IMG/VR virus record: IMGVR_UViG_3300032271_000550
Location: 1-63,398 of that record
DNA: 63,398 nt
Source: a virus
Lineage: Duplodnaviria; Caudoviricetes
Reading direction: 5' to 3' (one strand)
Shown one piece after another: positions 1-9,761 of this stretch. The position numbers and the translations under genes were made by a program. The notes under the pieces were generated by a model. The model ran no database searches, was not told the DNA's origin, and saw nothing but the letters and a program-made list of their open reading frames with translations. How positions within the stretch are numbered: the stretch's first letter is position 1; each line of letters opens with the position of its first letter.

Positions 1-135
1 GAGCGTAAGCCCAATGGTGAGCCTACGCGTCTGCTATTATCATTACAGGCATGGGGCGCTTCTTCAAAAGCTGACGCTAAGAAAAAGGCAGCAGCTATGT
101 CTAAACGACTCGAAGCTAAAAAAGGAAAAAAATAA
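1..135 (+). CDS. 3' part of a small basic protein (DUF6321-like), truncated by the window edge
   Basis: Frame 1 reads ERKPNGEPTRLLLSLQAWGASSKADAKKK..., TAA at 133-135 overlaps the next ATG; not in the ORF track. Confidence 0.6.
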   Translation, partial: ERKPNGEPTRLLLSLQAWGASSKADAKKKAAAMSKRLEAKKGKK

Positions 136-287
136 TGGCTCGCAAAGACCCAGTTAAAGCAACTGTTGCCCAGATTAAAGGTGTAGGCGCTAAGCCATAC
201 ACTGGTCCAGGCGTAACAAAAACTTCTAGAAAAGCAAGTTCTAGAATCATTTCCGCTAATAATCAAGCTATGGGAAAGAAGAAGTAA
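135..287 (+). CDS. small Lys-rich hypothetical protein (50 aa)
   Basis: Translated by hand (MARKDPVKAT...MGKKK); TAATG overlap upstream and abuts the next ATG. Confidence 0.65.
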   Translation: MARKDPVKATVAQIKGVGAKPYTGPGVTKTSRKASSRIISANNQAMGKKK

Positions 288-488
288 ATGGCTGAAAAGA
301 AAAAGACTGCTAAAAAGCCACCACTAGGTCAGGGCGGACGCTTCAAGAAGATTGAAGAAGAGGCTAAAAAATCTGGTGCCAAGAATCCTGCAGCAGTTGC
401 TGCAGCTGCTGGTATTGCAAAGTACGGCAAAAAGAAAATGGTAAAGCTTGAACAAAAAGGCAAGCGCGACGCCAAGAGAGGCAAATAA
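288..488 (+). CDS. small Lys-rich hypothetical protein
   Basis: ORF track; PLGQGGRF and AAVAAAAGIAKYGKKKM segments; tightly packed. Confidence 0.75.
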   Translation: MAEKKKTAKKPPLGQGGRFKKIEEEAKKSGAKNPAAVAAAAGIAKYGKKKMVKLEQKGKRDAKRGK

Positions 489-490
489 TA

Positions 491-745
491 ATGGCAATGA
501 AAAAGTGCGGTAAATGCGCTGGCTGCAAGAAGGGCACAATGTGCACCAAGCAGTGGGCAGACTCAAAGGCTGACAAAGCTGCTGACAAGAAGATTATGAA
601 GGGCATGACACCTGCCCAGAAGAAGGCTTTCGAGGCTGGCGACGAGAAGATGGACAAGAAGAAGCCATCTAAGAAGCAGGATGAGAAGATGGACAAGGCT
701 TTAGCCCGCAAGGTCAAAAAGTCTGTTCCGCCTAAAAAGAAGTAG
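491..745 (+). CDS. small Lys-rich hypothetical protein
   Basis: ORF track; repeated DEKMDK; operon packing. Confidence 0.75.
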   Translation: MAMKKCGKCAGCKKGTMCTKQWADSKADKAADKKIMKGMTPAQKKAFEAGDEKMDKKKPSKKQDEKMDKALARKVKKSVPPKKK

Positions 746-747
746 TA

Positions 748-1101
748 ATGGCTAAAACCGACAAAGCGCTTAGAAAACTTAAAAAAGATGCTGCTACTGC
801 AGCCCGTGTGTTAAGGTCTGAAGTACCTCAGCAACCTGGGTATAAGGGAGTGGCTACTAAAAAAGAGCAAACTAAGCGCGTCGGTGCTGGGGCACTAAGG
901 GCAGAAAAACGTGACATAAATACGTTTGATGCCGTTAGCTCTAAAGGGTTTGATGCAACACCTCGCGAAAACCAAATGTTTAGAGCTATGCGTACTGGTA
1001 GAAGTCGCCAGTTTACTGCGGATGTTAAACGCAGTAAAGTTGGCGACTTAGTGCAAGGTGTCGACATGCCAAGAAAAGGCGTAGTCGGTAAAAATAAGTA
1101 A
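748..1101 (+). CDS. basic hypothetical protein
   Basis: ORF track; followed by a terminator. Confidence 0.7.
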   Translation: MAKTDKALRKLKKDAATAARVLRSEVPQQPGYKGVATKKEQTKRVGAGALRAEKRDINTFDAVSSKGFDATPRENQMFRAMRTGRSRQFTADVKRSKVGDLVQGVDMPRKGVVGKNK

Positions 1102-1111
1102 ATAAAAGTTT

Positions 1112-1138
1112 AGCCCCCTTTATGGGGGCTTTTCTTTT
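1112..1138 (+). terminator. intrinsic terminator
   Basis: AGCCCCC-tttat-GGGGGCT followed by TTTCTTTT. Confidence 0.8.
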
Positions 1139-1211
1139 AACCTAGAAGTAGCCTCATGCGGAGGCTAGATTTAAATTGCGCTGTATTTTGCTTACTCCAA
1201 TGGAGACTGAC

Positions 1212-1358
1212 ATGTCAACTATTGACAAGGACAAAAAATCCAAGGTTGTTAAACCTACGGATAAAAAGTTCTTTTTAGGTGTCTCAGACGGCTACCTAGG
1301 GCGCGATAAACACATGATGGTCACTCTTGTAGCAGCAATTTTACGGCGGCGTAAATGA
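1212..1358 (+). CDS. small hypothetical protein
   Basis: GGAG RBS before ATG 1212; ATGA overlap with the next gene. Confidence 0.55.
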   Translation: MSTIDKDKKSKVVKPTDKKFFLGVSDGYLGRDKHMMVTLVAAILRRRK

Positions 1359-1675
1359 CAGTAGATATTAGCGTTTCTACAGATTTAGATGTTCTTGCGG
1401 CTGACTTAACTGCCATGCTTCAAAAAGACGCTATTAATATGGGGTGGCCTAGACAGTATGCTTCTGCGCTAACTGTTAGTGCTGAAGGTACTCAAATTGT
1501 GGTTGGTTACCCAGAAGAGTACGAAGAACAAATAAACGACCTTGAGTATGGTGCAGAAGACACTACACCTATTCCAGTGCTTAGGCGTTTTTTAGACAAA
1601 AACCAAGAGTATGTCTCTAACCATTTAGCAGAAGCATCTTTAAACTATTTATTTGACTTTGGGATTTTGCCATGA
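1355..1675 (+). CDS. putative neck/tail-completion protein
   Basis: Lies before the tail terminator and sheath; DLEYG...P.P.LRRF motif reminiscent of HK97 gp10-like proteins. Confidence 0.5.
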   Translation: MTVDISVSTDLDVLAADLTAMLQKDAINMGWPRQYASALTVSAEGTQIVVGYPEEYEEQINDLEYGAEDTTPIPVLRRFLDKNQEYVSNHLAEASLNYLFDFGILP

Positions 1676-2289
1676 GTTTTATATTAAGTGAAGACCTTGC
1701 TCTCAAAACTCTTATTAGCGGGATTACCGTTACCGATGAAAAAAATAACTCACGCACAGTTGGCGTATGGTTTGCCTACCCTGACGTAGAATCTCGTAAC
1801 CAGTCATACCCTTACATGACTATTGAATTACTCGACTTTCAGCCTGCCGCCTATCGTCAGCACTCTGGTCTTTACGTAGATAGCGATTTGCAGGGTACTA
1901 TTGCACCAGTTTCTGGAACTGAATATCAGTATGAGATTCCTGTGCCTTGGGACTTAGTTTACCAAATTACTACGTATTCTCGTCACCCGCGCCACGACCG
2001 AACTATTATTTCTTACTTGCTAAACAATGTGTTTATTGGTCGTCGCGGCTATCTTCCTGTTCCCAATGATTTAGGAACTGAAACAGCTTATAGACATTTA
2101 ACGCTAGATGAGTTTGTTAAGCGTGATACCATTGAAGATAACCGACGTTTATACAAAAATGTGTTCACACTTACAGTTACTAGCGAAGGAACTGCGGCTA
2201 CGTTCTCTAAGACTACCACCGCAATTGCAAGTGTAAAAATTAATAAAGCCACAACAGCCGACATCCCATCTGGACAACAACCCGTTTAA
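1672..2289 (+). CDS. putative tail terminator/completion protein
   Basis: YPYMTIELLD and PVPWDLVYQITTYSRHPRHDR motifs; immediately upstream of the sheath. Confidence 0.6.
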   Translation: MSFILSEDLALKTLISGITVTDEKNNSRTVGVWFAYPDVESRNQSYPYMTIELLDFQPAAYRQHSGLYVDSDLQGTIAPVSGTEYQYEIPVPWDLVYQITTYSRHPRHDRTIISYLLNNVFIGRRGYLPVPNDLGTETAYRHLTLDEFVKRDTIEDNRRLYKNVFTLTVTSEGTAATFSKTTTAIASVKINKATTADIPSGQQPV

Positions 2290-2328
2290 TATACGTCTAA
2301 TCTCAACTAAACCCAAGGAGAAAATCTC

Positions 2329-4623
2329 ATGGCGACATACAACCGCCCAGGAGTATATCTAGAAGAAGTATCATCTTCTTTTCCAGTATCTGCTTCGCCT
2401 ACAGCTACTATTGCCACGTTTACAGGTCCTGCCCTACGTGGACCAGTTACCCCTACCCTAGTGTCGTCATGGAGTCAGTTTACTTCTTTGTACGGTGACA
2501 TTGGAGCTAACTCTGCAGACGCTGACCTACCTACCGCAGTTTATTTATTCTTTGCCAACGGTGGAAGCCAGTGCTACATTCAGCGCACTATGGTTACCGT
2601 TCCAGTAATTGCTTCTGCAGCCAGCAGCGGAACCAGCCTTTCAGTTATTTCTGTTAGCAGCCTACTTAGTAGCGATGGTTCTACTTCAATTACCCTTACC
2701 ACAGCTAACGCTAAGGGCGCTCTAATTACAGGTAGCGGTATTGCTGCAGGTACTTATGTAGTGTCTATTTCCAGCACTACTCTTACCCTAAGCCAGTCAG
2801 CGTCAGTTCCTTCAGGTGCTACTTTGGCTATTGCAACGCCTTTGCTTTCATCCGCTAGCATTTACGGAAACAGCACTGTTCCAGTCCCAACTGGCGCGGT
2901 AACCCAGTCAGGTACCAGCGTTACGCTGACTACTACTGGTAGTCACAACTTAAAAGTTGGTCAGTCAGTAGTTATTGCTGGAACAGCCTCATCTACGTTT
3001 ACTACTAACACTAGTGTTTACAATGGTACTTTTACAGTTACTGCTGTTCCTAGCGCAACCACTTTTACGGTTACAAACCCATTCTCGCCTTCAACTAACA
3101 TCTCTACTGCTGGTACTGTTACTTCTCAGTCTAGCCAAGTAGAACTTACACTTACCGCTAAGTCGCCAGGTGCTTGGGGTAACAGTCTTTACTACGAAAT
3201 TTCTAACTCAACTGCTAGCACAGGATACCCAGGTAAGTACTTTAACCTGGCTATTTACTCTGGCGGTACTGCTACTGGAAACATTGTTGAGCGTTTTAGC
3301 GACCTTACGATGCTATCAACAGATTCATCTTACGCAATCAACGTCATTAACGCAGGTTCCAACTACGTTGTTGCTAGTGACTCTAACGCCGCTAACCACA
3401 CTAACGCTACCTTCTCAACCAGCGGAGCCAACACGCCATTAACTACTAACCTAGTAGTATTAAATGCTACTGGTGGTACAGCTGGTTCATCAAGCACTAG
3501 CTTGACTTTAACCTCAACTGCTCCAGCAATTAGTGTGGGTATGTATGTTTACGGAAATGGTATTACTAACGGAACTACCGTATCCTCATACAACACGGGT
3601 ACTTACGTAGTTGGTCTTAGCTCAGCTATGACAGTTAACAATGGTACTGCAATTACTTTTGTAAACTCCCCATTTACTGGTGGAGCTGACGGAACTACAG
3701 TAAACAATACTGCTATTGCTGCTACTACTGCTCTAGCTAAGTTAGACTCTGTTTCTCAGCCGTTGCTTCTTAATGCCCCTGGTGTTACTGAACTGACAAA
3801 CGTAAACAACTTGCTTAACTATGCGTACAACCGCGGTGATGTGTTTGTAATCATCGACCCTACGCAAACTACTCTAGATGTTACAAGCCAGCTTGCTTTG
3901 ACCAATACATACACTGGTGGTTCTGGTGGTTCTGCGGCTCTTGGTTTTGGTGCTGTTTACTATCCCAACTTAACAATTCCAACCCCAAACTCTAGCACCC
4001 CTGGCTCTACTGTTACCGCCTACCCTGGTGGTGCAATTGCAGCTAAGTACGTGACCACCGACGCATCACGTGGTGTGTTTAAGTCACCTGCTGGTCTTGA
4101 AGCTCGTTTGTCAGGTGTTGTAGCAGTAGCTAGCCTAACTAACACAGAACTAGACTACCTAAACAACGGAACTGTTAATCCTAACACGTTCAGTAACGCC
4201 ACCCCAGTTAATGCTATTCGCTACATTCCAGGCGCTGGAATTGTAGTTATGGGTGCTCGTACCTTGAACAGTTCGTACGCAACACGTTACGTGTCTGTCC
4301 GCAGAAGCTTGATTTACTTACGTAAGGTACTTTCAGACTCAACTGCGTTTGCTCTGTTTGAAACAAACGACCAGCGTCTGTGGAACCGTTTACAGACAAC
4401 CTGTGAGGCTATCCTAATTAGCTTCTGGCAGTCTGGCGGTCTTAAGGGAAACACCGCTCTGGACGCTTTCTATGTTAAGAGCGACAGCAGCATCAACACC
4501 GCACAAACAATCGCCCTTGGCGAAGTCCACCTAGAAATCGGTGTGGCGCTACAGCGTCCTGCTGAATTTGTAGTTATCCGTATTAGCCAGTACGACAGTG
4601 GCTCTGTTGTAACAGTCCTGTAG
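2329..4623 (+). CDS. contractile tail sheath protein with inserted beta-rich domains
   Basis: RPGVYLEE N-terminus, FFANGGSQCY, SPGAWGN, RGVFKSPAG, VMGARTL, YVSVRR, ALQRPAEFVVIRI. Confidence 0.95.
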   Translation: MATYNRPGVYLEEVSSSFPVSASPTATIATFTGPALRGPVTPTLVSSWSQFTSLYGDIGANSADADLPTAVYLFFANGGSQCYIQRTMVTVPVIASAASSGTSLSVISVSSLLSSDGSTSITLTTANAKGALITGSGIAAGTYVVSISSTTLTLSQSASVPSGATLAIATPLLSSASIYGNSTVPVPTGAVTQSGTSVTLTTTGSHNLKVGQSVVIAGTASSTFTTNTSVYNGTFTVTAVPSATTFTVTNPFSPSTNISTAGTVTSQSSQVELTLTAKSPGAWGNSLYYEISNSTASTGYPGKYFNLAIYSGGTATGNIVERFSDLTMLSTDSSYAINVINAGSNYVVASDSNAANHTNATFSTSGANTPLTTNLVVLNATGGTAGSSSTSLTLTSTAPAISVGMYVYGNGITNGTTVSSYNTGTYVVGLSSAMTVNNGTAITFVNSPFTGGADGTTVNNTAIAATTALAKLDSVSQPLLLNAPGVTELTNVNNLLNYAYNRGDVFVIIDPTQTTLDVTSQLALTNTYTGGSGGSAALGFGAVYYPNLTIPTPNSSTPGSTVTAYPGGAIAAKYVTTDASRGVFKSPAGLEARLSGVVAVASLTNTELDYLNNGTVNPNTFSNATPVNAIRYIPGAGIVVMGARTLNSSYATRYVSVRRSLIYLRKVLSDSTAFALFETNDQRLWNRLQTTCEAILISFWQSGGLKGNTALDAFYVKSDSSINTAQTIALGEVHLEIGVALQRPAEFVVIRISQYDSGSVVTVL

Positions 4624-4635
4624 GAGGAAAATTAA

Positions 4636-5271
4636 ATGGCACAAAGCTCAATCTCTCGTTACTCTAAGCTGGCGACTGACCCTTTAAGAAATTTTAGGTT
4701 CCTTGTCAACTTCCGTGTAACTGGTGACACTGGTGTTCCTGGGTCAGCGGCTGCTGGTCAGAACTCGTTTCTTAAGTTTAGCGGCGGATTTACTTCTGTA
4801 GATGGCCTAAGCATGAACGTGAGCGGTATTAGCTACCGTGAAGGTGGCATGAATACCACTCTACACCAGCTTCCTGGAATGGTTACATACCAGCCACTTA
4901 CACTGTCTCGTGGAGTAATTCTAGGTCAGAGTGAAGCAATCAACTGGTTTAAGCAGTTGTTTGCTGCTTCTTCTGGTGAAGGTGTTTCTGGTGCTGATGG
5001 TTCGTCATTCCGTTGCGACCTAGACATTTATGTTCTAGACCACCCAGCTACTGGCTCGCCAAACATTAGCGTTTCTGACATTATCAGTAGCGCCTCGTAC
5101 AAAATGAAGTTCATTGTGCACAACGCTTGGATTTCTGGACTTAACTTTTCGTCGCTAAACGCCTCAGACAACGCCCTAATGTATGAGACTATGACCCTAA
5201 TTCACGAAGGTCTTTCAGTCCAGCTGGCAAACTTTGGGTCTAACGTACCTGCGACACTAACAGGAAATTAA
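4636..5271 (+). CDS. tail tube protein (T4 gp19-like)
   Basis: DPLRNFRFLV, YREGG, LPG..TY.PLTLSRG, ETMTLIHEGL; follows the sheath. Confidence 0.9.
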   Translation: MAQSSISRYSKLATDPLRNFRFLVNFRVTGDTGVPGSAAAGQNSFLKFSGGFTSVDGLSMNVSGISYREGGMNTTLHQLPGMVTYQPLTLSRGVILGQSEAINWFKQLFAASSGEGVSGADGSSFRCDLDIYVLDHPATGSPNISVSDIISSASYKMKFIVHNAWISGLNFSSLNASDNALMYETMTLIHEGLSVQLANFGSNVPATLTGN

Positions 5272-5317
5272 TATTTAAAACCTGTTAAACTATAAATAAC
5301 TTAATTAGGAGTACTAT

Positions 5318-6115
5318 ATGGACAACAATATTATCAGTGACCCTTCAACATTCGCGCAGCTTGCTGAAGAAGTTACTAACCCACAAGTTGAAGTTAAAAC
5401 CGTTGCACCATCAAACTCGGATGTTATTCTTCCTGGTGGCTTTATTGCTAAAGATGGTTCTTTAATTAAATACGCCGAAGTTCGTGAGCTAACTGGCATA
5501 GACGAAGAGGCTGTATCTAAGGCAGGAACTCCTGGCAAAGCTTTAGCCGCGATGTTGCAACGAGGCGTTGTTTCAATTGGAACTAACGCAGTTGATAAGT
5601 CAGACCTTGACCAGCTATTAAGTGGCGACCGCGATGCTCTTTTGATTGGTATTCGCAGAGTTACTTTTGGTGATGAGATTGAGTTTGGCGTAACTTGCCC
5701 TCACTGCAGGTCAGACTTGGAAATAGTAGTTAACTTAATTGATGATGTGCCAACCAAAACGTTGGATGACCCAATCAATGACCGAACTTTTACTTACGTG
5801 TCAAAAAAGAATGGTGCAATTGTAGTAGGTCTTCCTACTGGCGCAATTCAGAAAAAACTTATTGAGAATAACGATAAGAACGGTTCTGAGCTAAACACTA
5901 TTCTTTTGGCTGGATGTATTAAGTCTGTAAATGGTGAGCCTGCTATTGGTGCTACAACAGCGCTTAACCTAGGCATGGCTGACCGTGAGGCTATTATTAA
6001 TGAACTTCTTGCACGTACCCCAGGCCCACGCCTCGGGGAGGTGAAGACGACTTGCGAGGCTTGTGGAGAAGATGTTGCTACTCCACTGTCGTTAGCCGAC
6101 TTGTTTCGTCTATAA
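5318..6115 (+). CDS. tail assembly chaperone/baseplate hub assembly protein with two CxxC motifs
   Basis: VRELTGIDEE, GDRDALLIGIRRVTFG, CPHC, CEAC; between tube and tape measure. Confidence 0.75.
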   Translation: MDNNIISDPSTFAQLAEEVTNPQVEVKTVAPSNSDVILPGGFIAKDGSLIKYAEVRELTGIDEEAVSKAGTPGKALAAMLQRGVVSIGTNAVDKSDLDQLLSGDRDALLIGIRRVTFGDEIEFGVTCPHCRSDLEIVVNLIDDVPTKTLDDPINDRTFTYVSKKNGAIVVGLPTGAIQKKLIENNDKNGSELNTILLAGCIKSVNGEPAIGATTALNLGMADREAIINELLARTPGPRLGEVKTTCEACGEDVATPLSLADLFRL

Positions 6116-6254
6116 AGAAAAAGAATACGAACAACTACTCGACCAATACGAAGCATTATCTAGAACATTTCCTGGCTGGACGCTGTCTGACATCAGAAGT
6201 TTGTCCGTAAGAGAACGTGAAAATTGGCTGTCTAGAGCGGCTAGGAATCGGTAG
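6096..6254 (+). CDS. putative +1 frameshift extension of the tail assembly chaperone
   Basis: +1 frame open 6096-6254 without a usable start; encodes YEQLLDQYEALSRTFPGWTLSDIRSLSVRERENWL; TTT-CGT just before the upstream stop. Confidence 0.6.
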   Translation, partial: PTCFVYKEKEYEQLLDQYEALSRTFPGWTLSDIRSLSVRERENWLSRAARNR

Positions 6255-6256
6255 AT

Positions 6257-8131
6257 ATGTCTTTACCTAATATTGGTCCAAGTAAGACCCGTCTGGTCAC
6301 TGACCTGGACGACGCGTACAAGCGTTTAAATACTACGCTTGCCACTACCGCTAAGCTATCTGACCAAATTGCTAATGGCTTAAATGGTGGCGGTGGCGGA
6401 AACAACGCTGCCAATTCAATGGCTAACATGACGCCACCTCCCCCACCTCCTGGTATGGGTAACGGTCCTGGTGGTTCACCAGGACCTGGCGGACCTTATG
6501 GACCAAATAATAACGCCTACACCAATAATGCTAATCAAGGCACTTCGTCTTCAAGAATAGCTAGCATGGCTGGTACTGCTTTTGCTGCAATTAACACTGC
6601 AGTAAATACTGATGACATTATTGCTAATCAAAGAAGTAGAACTAGGTTTGGCTTTTTTAATGGTCAAGGCGGTGTTAATTCAGGCGCTACAGCATTTCAA
6701 AACCTACAAAACATGGGAACAGCTAACAGTTCTTTAGATGCTGCTGCCGCTTCTATGGCTGGAAACAGCGTAGGCTTAATGGCTGGGTTAAGTAACTATG
6801 GAACTATTCAAAAAAGCACAGCTGGTATTTCAAACCTTTTGCCTGGAATTGGTCTTGAAGCTTCTATGGGTGCAACTGCTGCATTAAACCAGGGTTCTAG
6901 CGTAAACAAGCTTCGCATGATTGGTATTAACGTCCGTGACCAGAATGGTTACATGCGTGACGTAGAAGCTATTGCTCGCGACCTTTGGAAAATGATTAAT
7001 GGCTCTAAAACTGGTGGGTCAAGAAAAATTAGTGTACAGGACCTATCGTTTTCTTTGCAGTCTGGTAACTCCCTTGATATGCTTCTTAATCAATATTTTG
7101 GTACTGACCAAGTTTTGCGTCAAGCAATTATTTCTTACTTATATCAATTTGCTCAAGAAAGTGGCGCTCCTGTAGGCGGGTATAGTAGCGAAGCTGGTAA
7201 AAATGCCCTTAGTGCTACAGGTGCTAGCAATGAACTTACTAGAAGCTATTCTAAACGATACGCTGCTGAGTATGGTTTAACAAATGCCATTACAACTGCT
7301 GGTGCTTCTGGAATTGAGCAGGGAAATACTATCATAGCTAAAGCTACTAACTATATGATTAGTAAACAATTGAACGTTGTTAATGGGCTAGTTGAAACTA
7401 TGACTACTGCTGAAACTCTTGCTGGTGCTCTTAACGGCGCTTTTGGAATGCTTTTGGGTGGGGCTGCTGAAGTTAGCTCTTTTATTAAAAAAGGACTTCA
7501 AGTAGCGGGGCTTATCGGTTTGGCTACAAATGTGTACAAAAATGTATTTGGTAGTAGTTCTTCTGGTTCTTCTGGCTCTTCTAATTCTTCTGGGCCAGTC
7601 AAACTAACCCCTACTTCTTCAACCCCATCTATAAAGGGAATTAACGCTGACGCTACTCCTTACTATACTGATTTTGCCGTAGCGATGCTGCATCAATTAG
7701 GAGATAAGGTTACTAATAATAACGTAAGCTCTTTAGTTTCTTGGATGCAACATGAATCTACGCAAGCAAAACTTAATCCACTTGGTTCTACATACACAAT
7801 TGGTAACGCACCACGAGATAATTTTAACTCGACGGGAGTTCAAAATTACTATTCTGCCTCTGAAGCAGTTACCTCAACTGTTGCTAACTTAACAAATAAA
7901 AGAGGCGTTGGGTACGAAAAAATCTTAACTGATTTACAAAATAATGCCGCTCCATCGCAAACACTTAAGGACGTAGCTAACTCGGCTTGGTCTGGTAGCG
8001 GGCATTACGGTCATGCGTTTGTTACTTTTAATTTGCCTAATGTTACAAACCTAGACCACCCTGATGTGCAAAAAGCATTAACTGACTGGTGGAATTCTCA
8101 CATGTCTAACAAAGTTACGAAAGGCACATAA
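6257..8131 (+). CDS. tape measure protein with probable C-terminal lysozyme-like domain
   Basis: Position after the chaperone; Ala/Gly-rich; LRMIGINVRD; C-terminal WMQHES...NPLGST...GVQNY. Confidence 0.7.
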   Translation: MSLPNIGPSKTRLVTDLDDAYKRLNTTLATTAKLSDQIANGLNGGGGGNNAANSMANMTPPPPPPGMGNGPGGSPGPGGPYGPNNNAYTNNANQGTSSSRIASMAGTAFAAINTAVNTDDIIANQRSRTRFGFFNGQGGVNSGATAFQNLQNMGTANSSLDAAAASMAGNSVGLMAGLSNYGTIQKSTAGISNLLPGIGLEASMGATAALNQGSSVNKLRMIGINVRDQNGYMRDVEAIARDLWKMINGSKTGGSRKISVQDLSFSLQSGNSLDMLLNQYFGTDQVLRQAIISYLYQFAQESGAPVGGYSSEAGKNALSATGASNELTRSYSKRYAAEYGLTNAITTAGASGIEQGNTIIAKATNYMISKQLNVVNGLVETMTTAETLAGALNGAFGMLLGGAAEVSSFIKKGLQVAGLIGLATNVYKNVFGSSSSGSSGSSNSSGPVKLTPTSSTPSIKGINADATPYYTDFAVAMLHQLGDKVTNNNVSSLVSWMQHESTQAKLNPLGSTYTIGNAPRDNFNSTGVQNYYSASEAVTSTVANLTNKRGVGYEKILTDLQNNAAPSQTLKDVANSAWSGSGHYGHAFVTFNLPNVTNLDHPDVQKALTDWWNSHMSNKVTKGT

Positions 8132-9474
8132 TGGCTGGAAATACTAGCAGCGTACCTAGCGGTCGTTCACTTGGTTATATTGCAGCAGTTGGAACTGACG
8201 GTGTTACCCCTATTCCTACTGTGGTAAATGTTTATGTAGATGGTAGTTCTAACGCCGCCTACAGCCCTATTAGCTCTACCCAGCCTGCTTCTACAAATTT
8301 TGAACAAAGCCCTGGAATTACAAGCTCATTTAAAAAATCATACCAATATGTTCCACTTGTGCCAACAGTTACTGGTAAATATACATTTGATTCCTTGACT
8401 CCTAGCGCGGCATCTACCAGCACGGCTGTGCAAAAAGTGGGTTCACCCATTAAATTGCCTAATGATAACTCAGTATCACCAACTACAGTTAAATATCTAG
8501 ATTTTCCATTTGCTCCAGCCACTTTTACAAGCAATCCAGCAATTACTTCTAAAAATAAAAATCAGACTATTGTTCCAGCGGCACCTCAAAATCCTGGAGA
8601 ATACCAGTGGAATTTGCCCCCTCATAAATGGAGCCTTCCTCGTACTGCCATGAGCGACCCTGTTAACATGCCTGATGGTTCTAAGAAACAACCTTCTGAT
8701 GACCGTTATCGTCGTGGTCGTATTTGGTGGAAAGCTACAGACCCTACAATTAGCACAGTTGATTCATCTGGAAATACTAGCGCCGTAGACAACTCTGACC
8801 GTAAATATGGTTTTCAATTTTTGTGGAACCCTGCTTCATTTTCTACAGCTGTATCTGTACAAATGGATGCGACACCTAACTCTAATGACCGTTTTATTGG
8901 AACTGTCGGTGCGTTCCCTGCTACAGAAACCATTTCATTCACGCTAGAAATAAACCGTATTAATGACTTTGCTTGTGCTAATGCGTTGTTTAAACGACCA
9001 ACTAATATTGGAAATTCTTTAGGTAATGGTGCTACAAATAACTTTATTACAACTGGTGATGTAGCTAAACTTGTCCCTTATTACCAAAACAATGGAAGTT
9101 TTACCGCCTCCCTTGTTAGAAATGGTAAAAGAAAAAAAGTAGAAGATAAACTAGTTGATTTATTTCAACGTGGAACTATTGCCGATATTGAGTATTTATA
9201 CACAGCCATTAACGGCCCTGGTCCAGGCACCACTTCGTCAGGCGGAGACTACTGGAAAAACGGTCGTGGTATAATTACTGCAGACATTGGATTCTTAATG
9301 CCTACCCTTTTAAATATTGATGTTGGTCCATTATCTTATATGGGTTATGTAACTAGCATGCAAGTTACACATTCAATGTTTACACAAGATATGATTCCAA
9401 TCCAAAGTGAAGTGCAAATTTCATTAAACCTACTCGCCACCGCTGGTGTCGCTACCACAACTACTGGAGGATAA
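8131..9474 (+). CDS. baseplate tail-tube initiator-like protein
   Basis: YGFQFLWNP, ISFTLEINR, YMGYVTSMQVTHSMF..DMIP; position after the tape measure. Confidence 0.65.
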   Translation: MAGNTSSVPSGRSLGYIAAVGTDGVTPIPTVVNVYVDGSSNAAYSPISSTQPASTNFEQSPGITSSFKKSYQYVPLVPTVTGKYTFDSLTPSAASTSTAVQKVGSPIKLPNDNSVSPTTVKYLDFPFAPATFTSNPAITSKNKNQTIVPAAPQNPGEYQWNLPPHKWSLPRTAMSDPVNMPDGSKKQPSDDRYRRGRIWWKATDPTISTVDSSGNTSAVDNSDRKYGFQFLWNPASFSTAVSVQMDATPNSNDRFIGTVGAFPATETISFTLEINRINDFACANALFKRPTNIGNSLGNGATNNFITTGDVAKLVPYYQNNGSFTASLVRNGKRKKVEDKLVDLFQRGTIADIEYLYTAINGPGPGTTSSGGDYWKNGRGIITADIGFLMPTLLNIDVGPLSYMGYVTSMQVTHSMFTQDMIPIQSEVQISLNLLATAGVATTTTGG

Positions 9475-9476
9475 CT

Positions 9477-9761
9477 ATGGCAGCCCCGTCAAACGACTCT
9501 AGATATTATGATTCAGTAATTGATTACTTTAGCACAACCGCTACAGGCGACAATGCTCCAGTAGTGTTTTACGAGTTTAGTAGTTTAGGAAAGGTAAACT
9601 ACATTGACTATTCATGGAAATATGGCGACCGTATTGATAATTTAGCATCTACTTTCTTTTTGTTTCCTAACCGTTGGTGGATTATTGCGGAATTTAATCC
9701 TAAAATTTCTGACTGGCTTAACGTAGCCCCTGGTACAAACATTAGGATTCCTCGTGTCTAA
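9477..9761 (+). CDS. LysM-like baseplate protein (gp53/tail X-like)
   Basis: GDRIDNLA...RWWIIAEFNP...PGTNIRIP. Confidence 0.8.
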   Translation: MAAPSNDSRYYDSVIDYFSTTATGDNAPVVFYEFSSLGKVNYIDYSWKYGDRIDNLASTFFLFPNRWWIIAEFNPKISDWLNVAPGTNIRIPRV

